A program made the translations under genes and the position numbers. A DNA stretch of 41,237 nt from Limnohabitans sp. Rim8 (GTDB lineage: Bacteria > Pseudomonadota > Gammaproteobacteria > Burkholderiales > Burkholderiaceae_C): contig CAMCNQ010000001.1 of assembly GCA_945875955.1 (NCBI GenBank), forward strand, positions 1 to 41,237, written 5' to 3'. Under the pieces are notes generated by a model. It ran no database searches, had not been told where the DNA came from, and saw only the letters and a list, made by a program, of their open reading frames with translations. Below, one piece after another: positions 29,364-39,304 of this stretch (within the stretch, counting starts at the first letter, position 1; each line of letters starts with the position of its first letter).

Positions 29364-30242
29364 ATGTCTCAACCGCCCCTCCAACAAGCCGCCTGGTTGC
29401 CCAAGCTCGTCATCGCGCCCAGCTTCGTGCTGTCGCTGCTGTTCATTTATGGCCTGATGGCCTGGAACGGCTACCTGTCGGTGTCGGCCTCGCGCCTGCT
29501 GCCCAATTATGAGTTTGTGGGCCTGCAGCATTACGCCGCCCTGATGGAGAGCGACCGCTTCAAAGTGGCCATGACCAATATGGCGGTGTTTGGCCTGCTG
29601 TTCATCGGCGGGGCCATGGCGCTGGGGGTCTTGCTGGCGATTTTGCTGGACCAAAAAGTGCGCGGTGAGGGCGTGCTGCGCACCATTTATTTGTACCCGA
29701 TGGCGATCTCGTTCATCGTCACCGGCACGGCCTGGAAGTGGATGCTCAACCCCGGCCTGGGGCTGGAGCATTTGATGCACAGCTGGGGCTTTACCGGTTT
29801 CAGTTTTGACTGGCTGGTGCAGCAAGACATGGCGATTTACTGTGTGGTGATTGCCGGTGTCTGGCAAAGCGCGGGCTTTGTCATGGCGCTGTTTTTGGCG
29901 GCGCTGCGCGGCATTGACGAATCCATCATCCAAGCCGCGCAAGTGGACGGTGCCAGCTTGCCCACCATTTACCTGCGCATCATCTTGCCCAGTTTGGGGC
30001 CGGTGTTTTTCAGCACCTTGCTGGTGGTCTCGCACCTGGCCATCAAGAGTTTTGATTTGGTCATGGCGCTCACAGCGGGTGGCCCCGGTTACGCCACCGA
30101 TTTGCCCGCCACCTTCATGTACGCCACCGCTTTCACCCGCGGCCAGATTGGCGTGGGCGCGGCCAGTGCCACGGTGATGCTGGCCACCGTGGCGGCCATT
30201 GTGGTGCCTTATTTGTATTCTGAATTGCGGGGCAAACGATGA
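29364..30242 (+). CDS. gtsB: Sugar ABC transporter permease (GtsB-like)
   Basis: LRTIYLYPMAISFIVTG, and EAA-type loop IIQAAQVDGAS. Confidence 0.88.
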   Translation: MSQPPLQQAAWLPKLVIAPSFVLSLLFIYGLMAWNGYLSVSASRLLPNYEFVGLQHYAALMESDRFKVAMTNMAVFGLLFIGGAMALGVLLAILLDQKVRGEGVLRTIYLYPMAISFIVTGTAWKWMLNPGLGLEHLMHSWGFTGFSFDWLVQQDMAIYCVVIAGVWQSAGFVMALFLAALRGIDESIIQAAQVDGASLPTIYLRIILPSLGPVFFSTLLVVSHLAIKSFDLVMALTAGGPGYATDLPATFMYATAFTRGQIGVGAASATVMLATVAAIVVPYLYSELRGKR

Positions 30243-31093
30243 ACCGCCTGAATGTTCACCGGGTGTTTCTGTGGGCCATGCTGCTGGTGTTTGCCGCCTG
30301 GTTTTTGGTGCCGCTGTATGTGATGCTGACCACCTCGCTCAAAGACGCCGAGCAACTGCGCACGGGCAACTTGCTGAGTCTGCCCACCGCGCCCACTTTG
30401 GACGCCTGGTTCAAGGCCTGGGGCAGCGCCTGCACCGGGGTGCAGTGTGAGGGCCTCAAGCCCTTTTTCTGGAACTCCATGGCCATGGTCGTGCCGGCGG
30501 TGCTGCTGTCCACCTTGATCGGCTCGCTCAACGGTTATGTGTTGTCCAAATGGAAATTTCGCGGCAGTGAAACCCTGTTTGCCTTCATGCTGTTTGGTGT
30601 GTTCATGCCCATGCAGGTGGTGCTTTTGCCCATGAGCCAGGTGCTGGGCTGGTTGGGCATGGCCAGCTCGGTGTGGGGTTTTATGCTGGTGCATGTGGTG
30701 GCCGGCATCCCGTCCACCACTTTGTTTTTCCGCAATTACTACATCGGCTTGCCCGATGAGCTGATCAAGGCGGCGCAGCTGGACGGCGCGGGGTTTTGGA
30801 TGATTTACCGGCGCATCGTCTTGCCGCTGTCCTTGCCGATTGTGGTGGTCACGCTGATCTGGCAGTTCACCAACATTTGGAACGACTTTTTGTACGGCGT
30901 GGTGTTCTCGGGTGCGGACAGCAAACCCATCACCGTGGGCCTGAACAACCTGGCCAACACGTCGAGCGCAGTCAAGGAATACAACGTCGACATGGCTGCG
31001 GCCTTGATCGCCGCATTGCCCACCTTGTTCGTGTACGTGGTGGCAGGCAAATATTTTGTGCGCGGCCTGACGGCTGGCGCGGTCAAGGGGTAA
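30239..31093 (+). CDS. gtsC: Sugar ABC transporter permease (GtsC-like)
   Basis: ATGA overlap with gtsB. ELIKAAQLDGAG, WQFTNIWNDF and FVRGLTAGAVKG. Confidence 0.88.
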   Translation: MNRLNVHRVFLWAMLLVFAAWFLVPLYVMLTTSLKDAEQLRTGNLLSLPTAPTLDAWFKAWGSACTGVQCEGLKPFFWNSMAMVVPAVLLSTLIGSLNGYVLSKWKFRGSETLFAFMLFGVFMPMQVVLLPMSQVLGWLGMASSVWGFMLVHVVAGIPSTTLFFRNYYIGLPDELIKAAQLDGAGFWMIYRRIVLPLSLPIVVVTLIWQFTNIWNDFLYGVVFSGADSKPITVGLNNLANTSSAVKEYNVDMAAALIAALPTLFVYVVAGKYFVRGLTAGAVKG

Positions 31094-31096
31094 ATC

Positions 31097-32164
31097 ATGG
31101 GCGCACTCGCCATTCGCAACATCCACAAGACCTACAACCAAACGGTCCACATTTTGAAAGGCATTGACCTGGAGATCAAGGCGGGAGAATTTTTGATTTT
31201 GGTCGGCCCCTCGGGCTGCGGCAAATCCACGCTGCTGGCCATGATCGCCGGGCTGGACCACCCCACCAGCGGCAGCATCCACATCGGTGAGCGCGAGGTG
31301 ACGAATCTGCCCAGCAAGGACCGCGACATCGCCATGGTGTTCCAAAGCTACGCGCTTTACCCGAACATGACGGTGGCGCAAAACATCGCCTTCGGTTTGG
31401 AAATCCGCAAAGTGCCCAAGGCCGAGCGCAAAGCGGCGGTGGACCGCGTCTCGGCCATGCTGCAAATCGGCCATTTGCTGGACCGCAAGCCCGGTCAACT
31501 GTCTGGCGGTCAACGCCAGCGCGTGGCCATGGGCCGGGCCCTGGCGCGCGACCCCAAGTTGTTTTTGTTTGACGAACCCTTGTCCAACCTGGATGCCAAG
31601 CTGCGCGTGGAAATGCGCGCCGAGATCAAGCTCTTGCACCAGCGCACCCAAACCACCACCGTGTATGTGACGCACGACCAGGTCGAAGCCATGACGCTGG
31701 GCGACCGCATCGCGGTGATGAAAGACGGCCTGGTGCAACAGTTTGGTACGCCCGCCGACATCTACAACCGCCCGGCCAACCGCTTTGTGGCCGAGTTCAT
31801 TGGCTCGCCCGCGATGAACATGGTGGACGCCCAGCGCCTGGGCGATGCTTTGACCGCGCATGGAGTGGCATTGGCCATCAGCGACGCGCAACGCGCCGCC
31901 TTACAAGTCCAGGGCAGCAAAGAGCTGGTCTATGGTCTGCGGCCCGAGAGCATCGCCTTTGCCGCCACAGGTTTGTCCGGCAAGCTCAGCATGATTGAGC
32001 CCACCGGCCCTGAAACCTACGCCACGGTGGACACAGCTGCGGGCAAACTCACCGCCCGTGTGCCGGGCGTGCTGCAGGCCAATGTGGGTGATGGGGTCCA
32101 CTTGCAATGGTCAGCCGAGTCATCGCATTTGTTTGACCGGGACAGTGGCGAGCGGGTGGGGTGA
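31097..32164 (+). CDS. Sugar ABC transporter ATP-binding subunit (MalK/GtsD-like)
   Basis: GPSGCGKST, LSGGQRQR, DEPLSNLDAKLR, YVTHDQVEAMT, and a C-terminal TOBE domain. Confidence 0.93.
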   Translation: MGALAIRNIHKTYNQTVHILKGIDLEIKAGEFLILVGPSGCGKSTLLAMIAGLDHPTSGSIHIGEREVTNLPSKDRDIAMVFQSYALYPNMTVAQNIAFGLEIRKVPKAERKAAVDRVSAMLQIGHLLDRKPGQLSGGQRQRVAMGRALARDPKLFLFDEPLSNLDAKLRVEMRAEIKLLHQRTQTTTVYVTHDQVEAMTLGDRIAVMKDGLVQQFGTPADIYNRPANRFVAEFIGSPAMNMVDAQRLGDALTAHGVALAISDAQRAALQVQGSKELVYGLRPESIAFAATGLSGKLSMIEPTGPETYATVDTAAGKLTARVPGVLQANVGDGVHLQWSAESSHLFDRDSGERVG

Positions 32165-32186
32165 GGGTATGTCTGGTTTGGGCGCT

Positions 32187-33359
32187 TCAGCCGGTACTCG
32201 GTGCAATCTGCCCGATGTCTTGCCAACCCCAAACCTGCACACCCTCTCGCTGATAGGAGGCGGTCCCGCCGTACACCAGCGAGGGCTGTATGCCTTCGTC
32301 GCCAGCGTACTTTTGCCATTTCTTCAGGCCATCGGTCCAGTCGCTGGCAAATGTGGTGCCCGACTTGATTTCGAGCGCTTGCAATTCTTGGCCGCTTTCG
32401 ATCAACACATCGACTTCATGCCCCACATGGTCTCGCCAAAAGTACAGGTTTAAAGCTTGGCCAGCATTGAGGCGCTGCTTCATCAACTCGCTGATGACAT
32501 GGGTTTCAAACAAAGCGCCGCGGGCAGCATGCGTCTCCAGGGCGGCGGTATCGCGGATGCCCAGCAGCCATGCGGCCAAGCCTGCATCGCAAAAGTAGAG
32601 TTTGGGTGTTTTCACCAACCGCTTGCCAAAGTTGCGGTGGTGCGGCTTGAGCAAGGTGACGATGTAGCTGGCTTCCAGCACCGACAGCCATTGTTTGGCC
32701 GTCACTGCGGTGATGCCGCAATCGGCCCCCAATGACGAGAGATTGAGCAATTGGCCTGTTCGGGCGGCGCACATTTTGACAAAGGTCTGAAACTGCGTCA
32801 GATCGCGCACAGCGATCAGTTGCCGCACGTCGCGTTCCAAGTAGGTGGCGATGTAGTTGGCAAACCAGTCTGGCGGCGCAATGTCGCGGTCGTACAGTGC
32901 GGGGTAGCCGCCTTGAAACAAGGTGGCGTTCAAGTCGCTGGGCGCTTTGCTTGCCGCCAACAATTCCGCTGCGCTCAGGGGTAGCAGCTCAACCCGACCC
33001 ACCCGGCCTGCCAGCGTTTGTGTGATGCCCGCGAGCAAGTCGAATTGCGCGGAGCCCGTGAGGACAAAGTCGCCCATGATGCCGCGCTCATCCACCCAGC
33101 CTTGCAACCATGACAGCAATTCGGGGCAGCGCTGCACTTCGTCCAGAATCGCGCCGCTGGGAAAGCGTTGCAAAAAACGCTTGGGGTCACGCAACGCGAA
33201 CTCTCGCTCATCGGGGTTTTCCAGCGACACATAGGGCTTGTCCTTGAAAACCGATTTGGCCAAGGTGGTTTTGCCCGATTGACGAGGCCCTGTGAGTGCG
33301 ATCACCGGAAAGCCTTTGGCCAAGCGTTCCAGTGTGCTGGATGCAATGCGCGGAATCAT
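32187..33359 (-). CDS. AAA+ ATPase with DUF4143 (COG1373-like), C-terminal PD-(D/E)xK-like domain
   Basis: GPRQSGKTT, ILDEVQR, LTGS, LAGR, GGYP, YLERD, KTPKLYFCDAGL, GALFE and YFWRD...EVD...LEIKSG. Confidence 0.92.
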   Translation of the reverse strand: MIPRIASSTLERLAKGFPVIALTGPRQSGKTTLAKSVFKDKPYVSLENPDEREFALRDPKRFLQRFPSGAILDEVQRCPELLSWLQGWVDERGIMGDFVLTGSAQFDLLAGITQTLAGRVGRVELLPLSAAELLAASKAPSDLNATLFQGGYPALYDRDIAPPDWFANYIATYLERDVRQLIAVRDLTQFQTFVKMCAARTGQLLNLSSLGADCGITAVTAKQWLSVLEASYIVTLLKPHHRNFGKRLVKTPKLYFCDAGLAAWLLGIRDTAALETHAARGALFETHVISELMKQRLNAGQALNLYFWRDHVGHEVDVLIESGQELQALEIKSGTTFASDWTDGLKKWQKYAGDEGIQPSLVYGGTASYQREGVQVWGWQDIGQIAPSTG

Positions 33360-33361
33360 TT

Positions 33362-33394
33362 TTACAAATTTAAGTTTGAAACTTTGATTTGTAA
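33362..33394. promoter_or_regulatory. 33-bp near-perfect palindrome filling the 5' leader of the AAA/DUF4143 gene
   Basis: TTACAAAT-TT-AAGTTT-G-AAACTT-TG-ATTTGTAA. Lies between a minus-strand TAGAAT (-10-like, 33396-33401) and the ATG at 33359. Confidence 0.6.
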
Positions 33395-33434
33395 TATTCT
33401 AGGCTGCATAGGGCTTGGCGGGTGAATTTAATTC

Positions 33435-33473
33435 AAAAAAGCCCCGCCAAATCCAACTTTGACGGGGCTTTTT
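33435..33473 (-). terminator. Rho-independent terminator of htpG (potentially bidirectional)
   Basis: A6-GCCCCG...CGGGGC-T5. On the minus strand the stem GCCCCGTCAAA/TTTGGCGGGGC is followed by T6. Confidence 0.88.
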
Positions 33474-33489
33474 GCTGGAGCAGTGCCGA

Positions 33490-35457
33490 TCAGCTCAGCA
33501 AGGCGTTGACCCGCTTCACATAAGCCGCCGGGTCGGCCGGGAGACCGCCTTCGGCCAGCAGGGCCTGATCAAACAGAATATGGGCCAAGTCATGAAAATG
33601 CACCGAGCCGTCGAGCTTTTTGACCAGGGCGTGCTCGGGGTTGACTTCCAGCACCGGCTTGACTTCGGGGGCGCTTTGCCCAGCTTGCTTGAGCATGCGG
33701 GCCAGTTGCATGCTCATGCCGTCGTCGGTCACCACCAAGCAGGCCGGGCTGTCTACTAGGCGGCTGGTCACGCGCACGTCTTCGGCTTTGTCTTTCAAGG
33801 CTTCTTTCAGTTTGGCCAGCATGGGCTTGAAGGTTTCGGCCGCTTCTTGCGCGGCTTTCTTTTCTTCTTCGTCTTGCAGCTTGCCCAGGTCAAACGCGCC
33901 CTTGGCCACGCTTTGCAGCGGCGTGCCGTCAAACTCTTGCACAAAGTTCAGCGCCCACTCGTCCACACGGTCGGTCATCAGCAAGACTTCGATGCCTTTT
34001 TTCTTGAAGACTTCCAGCTGCGGGCTGTTCTTGGCCGCTGCCAAGGTGTCGGCGGTGATGTAGTAAATCGCGTCTTGGCCGTCCTTCATGCGCGCTTTGT
34101 AGTCGGCCAAGCTGACGCTCATGGTGTCGCTGCTGGACGAGGCAAAGCGCAGCAGTTTGAGCAAGCGCTCGCGGTTGCCAAAGTCCTCGCCCAGGCCTTC
34201 TTTCAGCACCGCGCCAAATTCAGCGTAGAACTTGCTGTACTGGCCCAGCTTGGCTTTGTCTTCTTCACTCAGGACATCGGTGACCTCGTCCGTGGCCTGC
34301 TGTGCTTTGTCGTGTTTGGCCAAGTCCTCCAGCATAGACAGCACGCGCTTGGTGCAGCCTTCGCGGATGGCTTTCACATCGCGGCTTTCTTGCAGCAGTT
34401 CGCGGCTCACGTTCAGCGGCAGGTCGGCCGAGTCCACCACGCCTTTGACAAAGCGCAGGTAGCTGGGCATCAGCGCCTCGGCATCGTCCATGATGAAGAC
34501 GCGCTTGACGTAGAGCTTGATGCCGGCTTTTTTGTCGCGGTTCCACAGGTCTTGCGGGGCCTTGGACGGGATGTAAAGCAGTTGGGTGTACTCGGTGCTG
34601 CCTTCCACGCGGTTGTGGGTCCAGGTCAGCGGGGCTTCAAAGTCGCGGCTGATCTGTTTGTAGAAGTCGGCGTACTGTTCGCCCGTGATGTCTTTCTTGG
34701 CGCGCGTCCACAAGGCGCTGGCTTTGTTGATGGTGTCCCACTCGCCGGTTTTGACCATGGCACCGGGCTGGCGGCCGCCTTTTTCATCTTTGGGGTCAAT
34801 CAACTCACCGTCTTTCCACTCTTCTTTTTCCATCAAGATGGGCAGGCTGATGTGGTCAGAGTATTTGCCGACGATTTCTTTGAGTTTCCAGCTGTTGGCG
34901 TATACCAGGCCTTCTTCGCGCAGGTGCAAGATCACGCTGGTGCCGCGTTGGTCGCGGCTGATGGTTTCCACCTCAAAGTCGCCGGTGCCGCCGCTGATCC
35001 AGCGCACGCCTTCGGCAGCGGGCGCGCCAGCCCGGCGGGTTTCCACTGTGATCTTGTCGGCGACGATAAAGCCAGAATAAAAGCCCACGCCAAACTGGCC
35101 AATCAGTTGCGCGTCTGACTTTTGGTCGCCGCTCAACTTGCTCATGAAGTCTTTGGTGCCGCTCTTGGCAATCGTGCCCAGGTGGTCAATCGCTTCTTGC
35201 GCGGTCATGCCAATGCCGTTGTCGGTGATGGTCAGGGTTTTGGCGGCGGTGTCAAAAGACAAATGCACTTGCAGCTCGGGCGCATCCTCGTAAAGGGCAG
35301 CGTTGTTCAGCGCTTCAAAGCGCAGCTTGTCGCAAGCGTCTGAGGCGTTGGAGATCAGCTCGCGCAGGAAAATTTCTGAGTTGGAATACAGCGAGTGGGT
35401 GACCAGGTGCAGCAGTTGCGAGACTTCGGCTTGGAAGGAATGGGTTTGTTTGCTCAT
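33490..35457 (-). CDS. htpG: Molecular chaperone HtpG (Hsp90)
   Basis: [49 protein letters not shown] and [10 protein letters not shown]. Confidence 0.99.
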   Translation of the reverse strand: MSKQTHSFQAEVSQLLHLVTHSLYSNSEIFLRELISNASDACDKLRFEALNNAALYEDAPELQVHLSFDTAAKTLTITDNGIGMTAQEAIDHLGTIAKSGTKDFMSKLSGDQKSDAQLIGQFGVGFYSGFIVADKITVETRRAGAPAAEGVRWISGGTGDFEVETISRDQRGTSVILHLREEGLVYANSWKLKEIVGKYSDHISLPILMEKEEWKDGELIDPKDEKGGRQPGAMVKTGEWDTINKASALWTRAKKDITGEQYADFYKQISRDFEAPLTWTHNRVEGSTEYTQLLYIPSKAPQDLWNRDKKAGIKLYVKRVFIMDDAEALMPSYLRFVKGVVDSADLPLNVSRELLQESRDVKAIREGCTKRVLSMLEDLAKHDKAQQATDEVTDVLSEEDKAKLGQYSKFYAEFGAVLKEGLGEDFGNRERLLKLLRFASSSSDTMSVSLADYKARMKDGQDAIYYITADTLAAAKNSPQLEVFKKKGIEVLLMTDRVDEWALNFVQEFDGTPLQSVAKGAFDLGKLQDEEEKKAAQEAAETFKPMLAKLKEALKDKAEDVRVTSRLVDSPACLVVTDDGMSMQLARMLKQAGQSAPEVKPVLEVNPEHALVKKLDGSVHFHDLAHILFDQALLAEGGLPADPAAYVKRVNALLS

Positions 35458-35503
35458 GGCGGTTCAAAAGTAAAAAAGTCAGAAAACAAGAACGACCCAC
35501 AGC

Positions 35504-35529
35504 TTGGGGCGTCGTGGGTGGATTTCAAG
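35504..35529 (-). promoter_or_regulatory. Sigma-32 (RpoH) heat-shock promoter of htpG
   Basis: Minus strand CTTGAA-N14-CCCCAA, close to the CTTGAA-N13-17-CCCCAT consensus, upstream of a classical heat-shock gene. Confidence 0.78.
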
Positions 35530-35532
35530 AGG

Positions 35533-36441
35533 TCAAAAAGAATCGTTGGGCCCCAAATACCGCCAAGTGCCTGGGGGCATTTGCCCCAGCTGCACGCCCC
35601 CCATGCGGATGCGCTTGAGGCCCACCACTTTCAGGCCGACTTGTTCGCACATGCGGCGAATTTGGCGCTTTTTGCCTTCGGTCAACACAAAGCGCAGTTG
35701 CTCCGGGTTTTGCCAGTCGACTTTGGCTATTTTCAGGGCTTTGCCGTCCAGGCTCAGGCCGTGGCGCAGGCGCGCCAATTGGGCCGGCGGGAACACCGCT
35801 TGCACATTGGCGCTCACGCGGTCAAAGTCGCCAATGGCCGTCAGTTGATTGGCTTTGCCGCCATAAGTGGCCGAAGCGGCGGCTGCCGCAGCGGTGTTTT
35901 CGTGGCCGGTGTAGGCCACGCGCACCAAGTACTCCTTTTCCATCTCCGCGTCTTCGCCGATCAGCTGGCGCGCCACGCGGCCGTCTTGCGTCAGCACCAG
36001 CAGGCCGGTCGAGTCGATGTCGAGGCGCCCAGCCGGGGCCAGGCCGCGCAGGTGGGGCGGCGTGAAGCGCAGTTTGCTGGGGTCGCCGCCCCAGTGGCTG
36101 CGCGGGTTGATCAGGGTGATGGCGGGCTCGTGGCCGTCTTCGGCCTGGCCGCTGACATAGCCCATGGGCTTGTGCAGCAAGATGGTGACTTGCCGGTCTT
36201 GCTGCTGCTCGGCGGCTTTGTCGATGGTGATGCGGTCCGACAAACTGACCTGCTGGCCCATGCTGGCGGCTTGGCCGTTGACCTGAACCCAACCTTGCTC
36301 GATCCAGGCGTCGGCTTCGCGGCGCGAGCACATGCGCAACTCGGCCATGCGTTTGTTCAGGCGCGAGGTGCCGCTGGGGGCGGCCGCATCGCCTTTGCCT
36401 GCTGGGCGGGGCGCGCGTTGGAAAGCCGGGGGCTGGGTCAT
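35533..36441 (-). CDS. rRNA pseudouridine synthase, RsuA/RluF family with S4 domain
   Basis: RLNKRMA...CSRREAD S4 domain, HKPMG, catalytic [11 protein letters not shown] and [10 protein letters not shown]. Confidence 0.92.
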   Translation of the reverse strand: MTQPPAFQRAPRPAGKGDAAAPSGTSRLNKRMAELRMCSRREADAWIEQGWVQVNGQAASMGQQVSLSDRITIDKAAEQQQDRQVTILLHKPMGYVSGQAEDGHEPAITLINPRSHWGGDPSKLRFTPPHLRGLAPAGRLDIDSTGLLVLTQDGRVARQLIGEDAEMEKEYLVRVAYTGHENTAAAAAASATYGGKANQLTAIGDFDRVSANVQAVFPPAQLARLRHGLSLDGKALKIAKVDWQNPEQLRFVLTEGKKRQIRRMCEQVGLKVVGLKRIRMGGVQLGQMPPGTWRYLGPNDSF

Positions 36442-36489
36442 GGTGGGGTTGGGGTCAAACAGAAAAAGTGCCTCGATTGTCCCCTGTTT

Positions 36490-37203
36490 TCATTTGTCCA
36501 ATTGCACTGTGCGCAGGCCTTGCAGCTCCAAAATACGCAGGCCGCCATATTCGGTGCGGATCAGCTGGCGCTCTTCCAGCACGCGCAAGGCTTCGTTCAC
36601 GCGTTGCCGTGACAGACCCACCAGGTAAGCCAACTCTTGTTGGGTGATGCGCAAGACCTCGCCCACGCCAGGAAACAGCACCGGGTTGAACAAGGCGGCC
36701 AAATGGCGCGCCAAGCGCAGCTCGGGGTTGGTCATGCGGTCCATTTCACGGGCCGCGATGAATTGGCCCAAGCGCTCGTTGAGTTGCTGCATGATGAAAC
36801 GGTTAAAACCCAGCGAATGGTCGATCAGCCAATGAAAGGTGTCGACCGGCATGCCCGCCACCAAGCTGGGCCGCAGGGCTTGGATGTTGTAGCGGTAGAT
36901 CTCGCGCTTGAGGGCCGTGCCCTCGCCAAACCAGCCACCCGGGGGGATGCCGGTAAAGGTCATGGGCTGGCCACTTTCGTTGTCGACGTTCATTTTCAGC
37001 AAGCCTGAAATCACGCCAAACCAATAAGTCACGGGGCGGCCGATGCGGCACACATAGTCGCCCGTTTGGGGGTCGCTGACCGCCAGTTGGGGCACGATTT
37101 GCGCGCGCTCCTCATCGCTCAGCAGCAGCAGCCAAGGAATGTCTTTGAGTTCGTTGGCGGTCGGCGCCCTGCGGCGTTGGTGAACACTGGATGCTTGGTT
37201 CAT
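36490..37203 (-). CDS. Crp/Fnr family transcriptional regulator
   Basis: cNMP-binding-like domain (WFGE) and HTH ITQQELAYLVGLSRQRVNEAL. Confidence 0.92.
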   Translation of the reverse strand: MNQASSVHQRRRAPTANELKDIPWLLLLSDEERAQIVPQLAVSDPQTGDYVCRIGRPVTYWFGVISGLLKMNVDNESGQPMTFTGIPPGGWFGEGTALKREIYRYNIQALRPSLVAGMPVDTFHWLIDHSLGFNRFIMQQLNERLGQFIAAREMDRMTNPELRLARHLAALFNPVLFPGVGEVLRITQQELAYLVGLSRQRVNEALRVLEERQLIRTEYGGLRILELQGLRTVQLDK

Positions 37204-37256
37204 GGCCTTCTTTCTTCGTCAAATTCGGGTCATTCAGGCTAGGTGTATTCCCTGAA

Positions 37257-37274
37257 TTGTCGTTGAAACGACAA
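37257..37274. promoter_or_regulatory. Crp-geometry operator variant TGTCG-N6-CGACA
   Basis: Perfect palindrome TTGTCGTT-GA-AACGACAA in the divergent spacer between the Crp gene and the acyl-CoA synthetase operon. Confidence 0.68.
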
Positions 37275-37357
37275 CTTGGCGTCAAATGAATGCTTAGCAT
37301 TGGGCAAAGTTCAGAGTCATTGGCTTCAATGCCCCGTTTTTGGAGACAGGTCAGGTC

Positions 37358-39304
37358 ATGCAAACTACGTTTCCCCGCTTGATGCTCAAGCACGCTGCAA
37401 AGCGCCCCACAGCGCCCGCATTGCGCGAGAAAGAATATGGCATTTGGCAAACCACCTCTTGGTCCGATTTGGCCCGTCTGGTCGAGTCCGTGGCCTGCGG
37501 TCTGCACCAAGCCGGTTTGCAGCGCGGCGAACACCTGATCGTGGTGGGTGCCAACCGACCACGCCTTTACGCCACCCTGCTGGCGGCCCAGTCGTTGGGC
37601 GCGATTGCGGTGCCGCTTTACCAAGATGCCTCAGCGGCCGAGTGCGTTTTTCCCATCACCAATGCCGAGGTGCGTTTTGCGGTGGTGGAAGACCAAGAGC
37701 AGGTCGACAAAATGCTGGAAGTGCGTGAGCAATGCCCCCAGTTGACCCATATTTTTTACGACAACGCCCGTGGCATGCGCAAATACACAGAAGAGGGTTT
37801 GGGCGCGCTGGAAGAGTTGATCGCTGCAGGGGCGGTGTTTGCCAAGCAGCACCCTTTGTTTTTCCAGCAACAAGTTGACGCGGCTGCCGACACCGATGTG
37901 GCCGCGATGTTCTTCACTTCGGGCACCACCGGCAACCCCAAGGGCGTGGTGCATACCCACAGCTCATTGATCAACCGGGCCGACGCGGGCGCTGAGTTTG
38001 ACAAACTGACCAGCGCCGAAGAGGTCTTGGCCTACATGCCACCGGCGTGGATCGGACAAAACATTTTCAGCTACGCGCAGTGGTTGGTGTGTGGCTATGT
38101 GGTCAATTGCCCCGAGTCGGCGGCCACCGTCATGATCGACTTGAAAGAGATTGGCCCCACCTATTACTTTGCCCCCCCACGGGTCTTTGAAGGCATGCTC
38201 ACCAGCGTGATGATCCGCATGGAAGACGCCGGGTCCATCAAGCGCAAGCTGTTTCACCATTTCATGCGCGTGGCGAAAAAAGCCGGTCCTGCTTTGATGG
38301 ACGGCCAGTCGGTGGGTTTGTGGGACCGCTTGCAATACGCTGTGGGCAACTTCATGGTGTTTGGCCCTTTGCGCAACAACATGGGTTTCAGCCGGGTGCG
38401 GGTGGCTTACACCGCAGGCGAGGCGATTGGCCCCGACCTGTTCACCTTTTTCCGATCGATTGGTGTGAACATCAAGCAACTCTACGGTTCCACCGAGACC
38501 GCGGTGTTCGTTTGCCTGCAGCCCGACAACCAGGCGCGGGCCGACACCGTGGGCGTGCCCTGCAAAGGCGTGGAAATCAAGGTCGCCGAGAACGGCGAAA
38601 TCATGGTCAAGTCGCCGGGCTTGCTCAAGGGCTATTACAAAAACCAGAAGGCCACCGACGAGGTGCTGACGGCCGACGGTTGGTACCACACCAGCGACGC
38701 GGGCTTCATCGACAACCAAGGCCACCTGAAGATCATTGACCGCGTGAAAGACGTGGGGCGCATCCAGGGCGGGGCCAACGATGGCGCCATGTTCGCGCCC
38801 AAATACGTCGAAAACAAGCTCAAGTTTTTCCCACACATCAAAGAAGTGGTGGCCTACGGCGACCAGCGCGAAAAAGTGTGCGTCATGGTCAACATCGATT
38901 TTGATGCCGTGGGCAACTGGGCCGAGCGCCGCAACCTGGCCTATGCCGGCTACACCGATTTGGCGCAAAGGTCAGAGGTCTACCAGCTCATCCAAGAATG
39001 CGTGGAAAAGGTCAACGCCGACCTGGCCGCCGACACCTTGCTGGCGGGCAGCCAAGTCAGCCGTTTCCTGATTTTGCACAAAGAGCTGGACGCCGACGAT
39101 GGCGAGTTGACCCGCACCAACAAAGTTCGCCGGGGCTTCATTGCCGACAAATACAAGCCCCTGGTCGATGGCCTTTACGAAGGCAAGAGTGAGCAGTTCA
39201 TTGAGACCGTGGTCAAGTTCGAAGACGGTCGCACAGGCAGTGTCAGCGCGACCCTGAAAATTTGGGATGTCAAGACCTTTACACCGGTCAAGGCGGCCGC
39301 ATGA
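37358..39304 (+). CDS. Long-chain acyl-CoA synthetase (AMP-binding, FAA1-like)
   Basis: FTSGTTGNPKG, YGSTE, DGWYHTSDAG, IIDRVKD and GELTRTNKVRR. Confidence 0.93.
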   Translation: MQTTFPRLMLKHAAKRPTAPALREKEYGIWQTTSWSDLARLVESVACGLHQAGLQRGEHLIVVGANRPRLYATLLAAQSLGAIAVPLYQDASAAECVFPITNAEVRFAVVEDQEQVDKMLEVREQCPQLTHIFYDNARGMRKYTEEGLGALEELIAAGAVFAKQHPLFFQQQVDAAADTDVAAMFFTSGTTGNPKGVVHTHSSLINRADAGAEFDKLTSAEEVLAYMPPAWIGQNIFSYAQWLVCGYVVNCPESAATVMIDLKEIGPTYYFAPPRVFEGMLTSVMIRMEDAGSIKRKLFHHFMRVAKKAGPALMDGQSVGLWDRLQYAVGNFMVFGPLRNNMGFSRVRVAYTAGEAIGPDLFTFFRSIGVNIKQLYGSTETAVFVCLQPDNQARADTVGVPCKGVEIKVAENGEIMVKSPGLLKGYYKNQKATDEVLTADGWYHTSDAGFIDNQGHLKIIDRVKDVGRIQGGANDGAMFAPKYVENKLKFFPHIKEVVAYGDQREKVCVMVNIDFDAVGNWAERRNLAYAGYTDLAQRSEVYQLIQECVEKVNADLAADTLLAGSQVSRFLILHKELDADDGELTRTNKVRRGFIADKYKPLVDGLYEGKSEQFIETVVKFEDGRTGSVSATLKIWDVKTFTPVKAAA

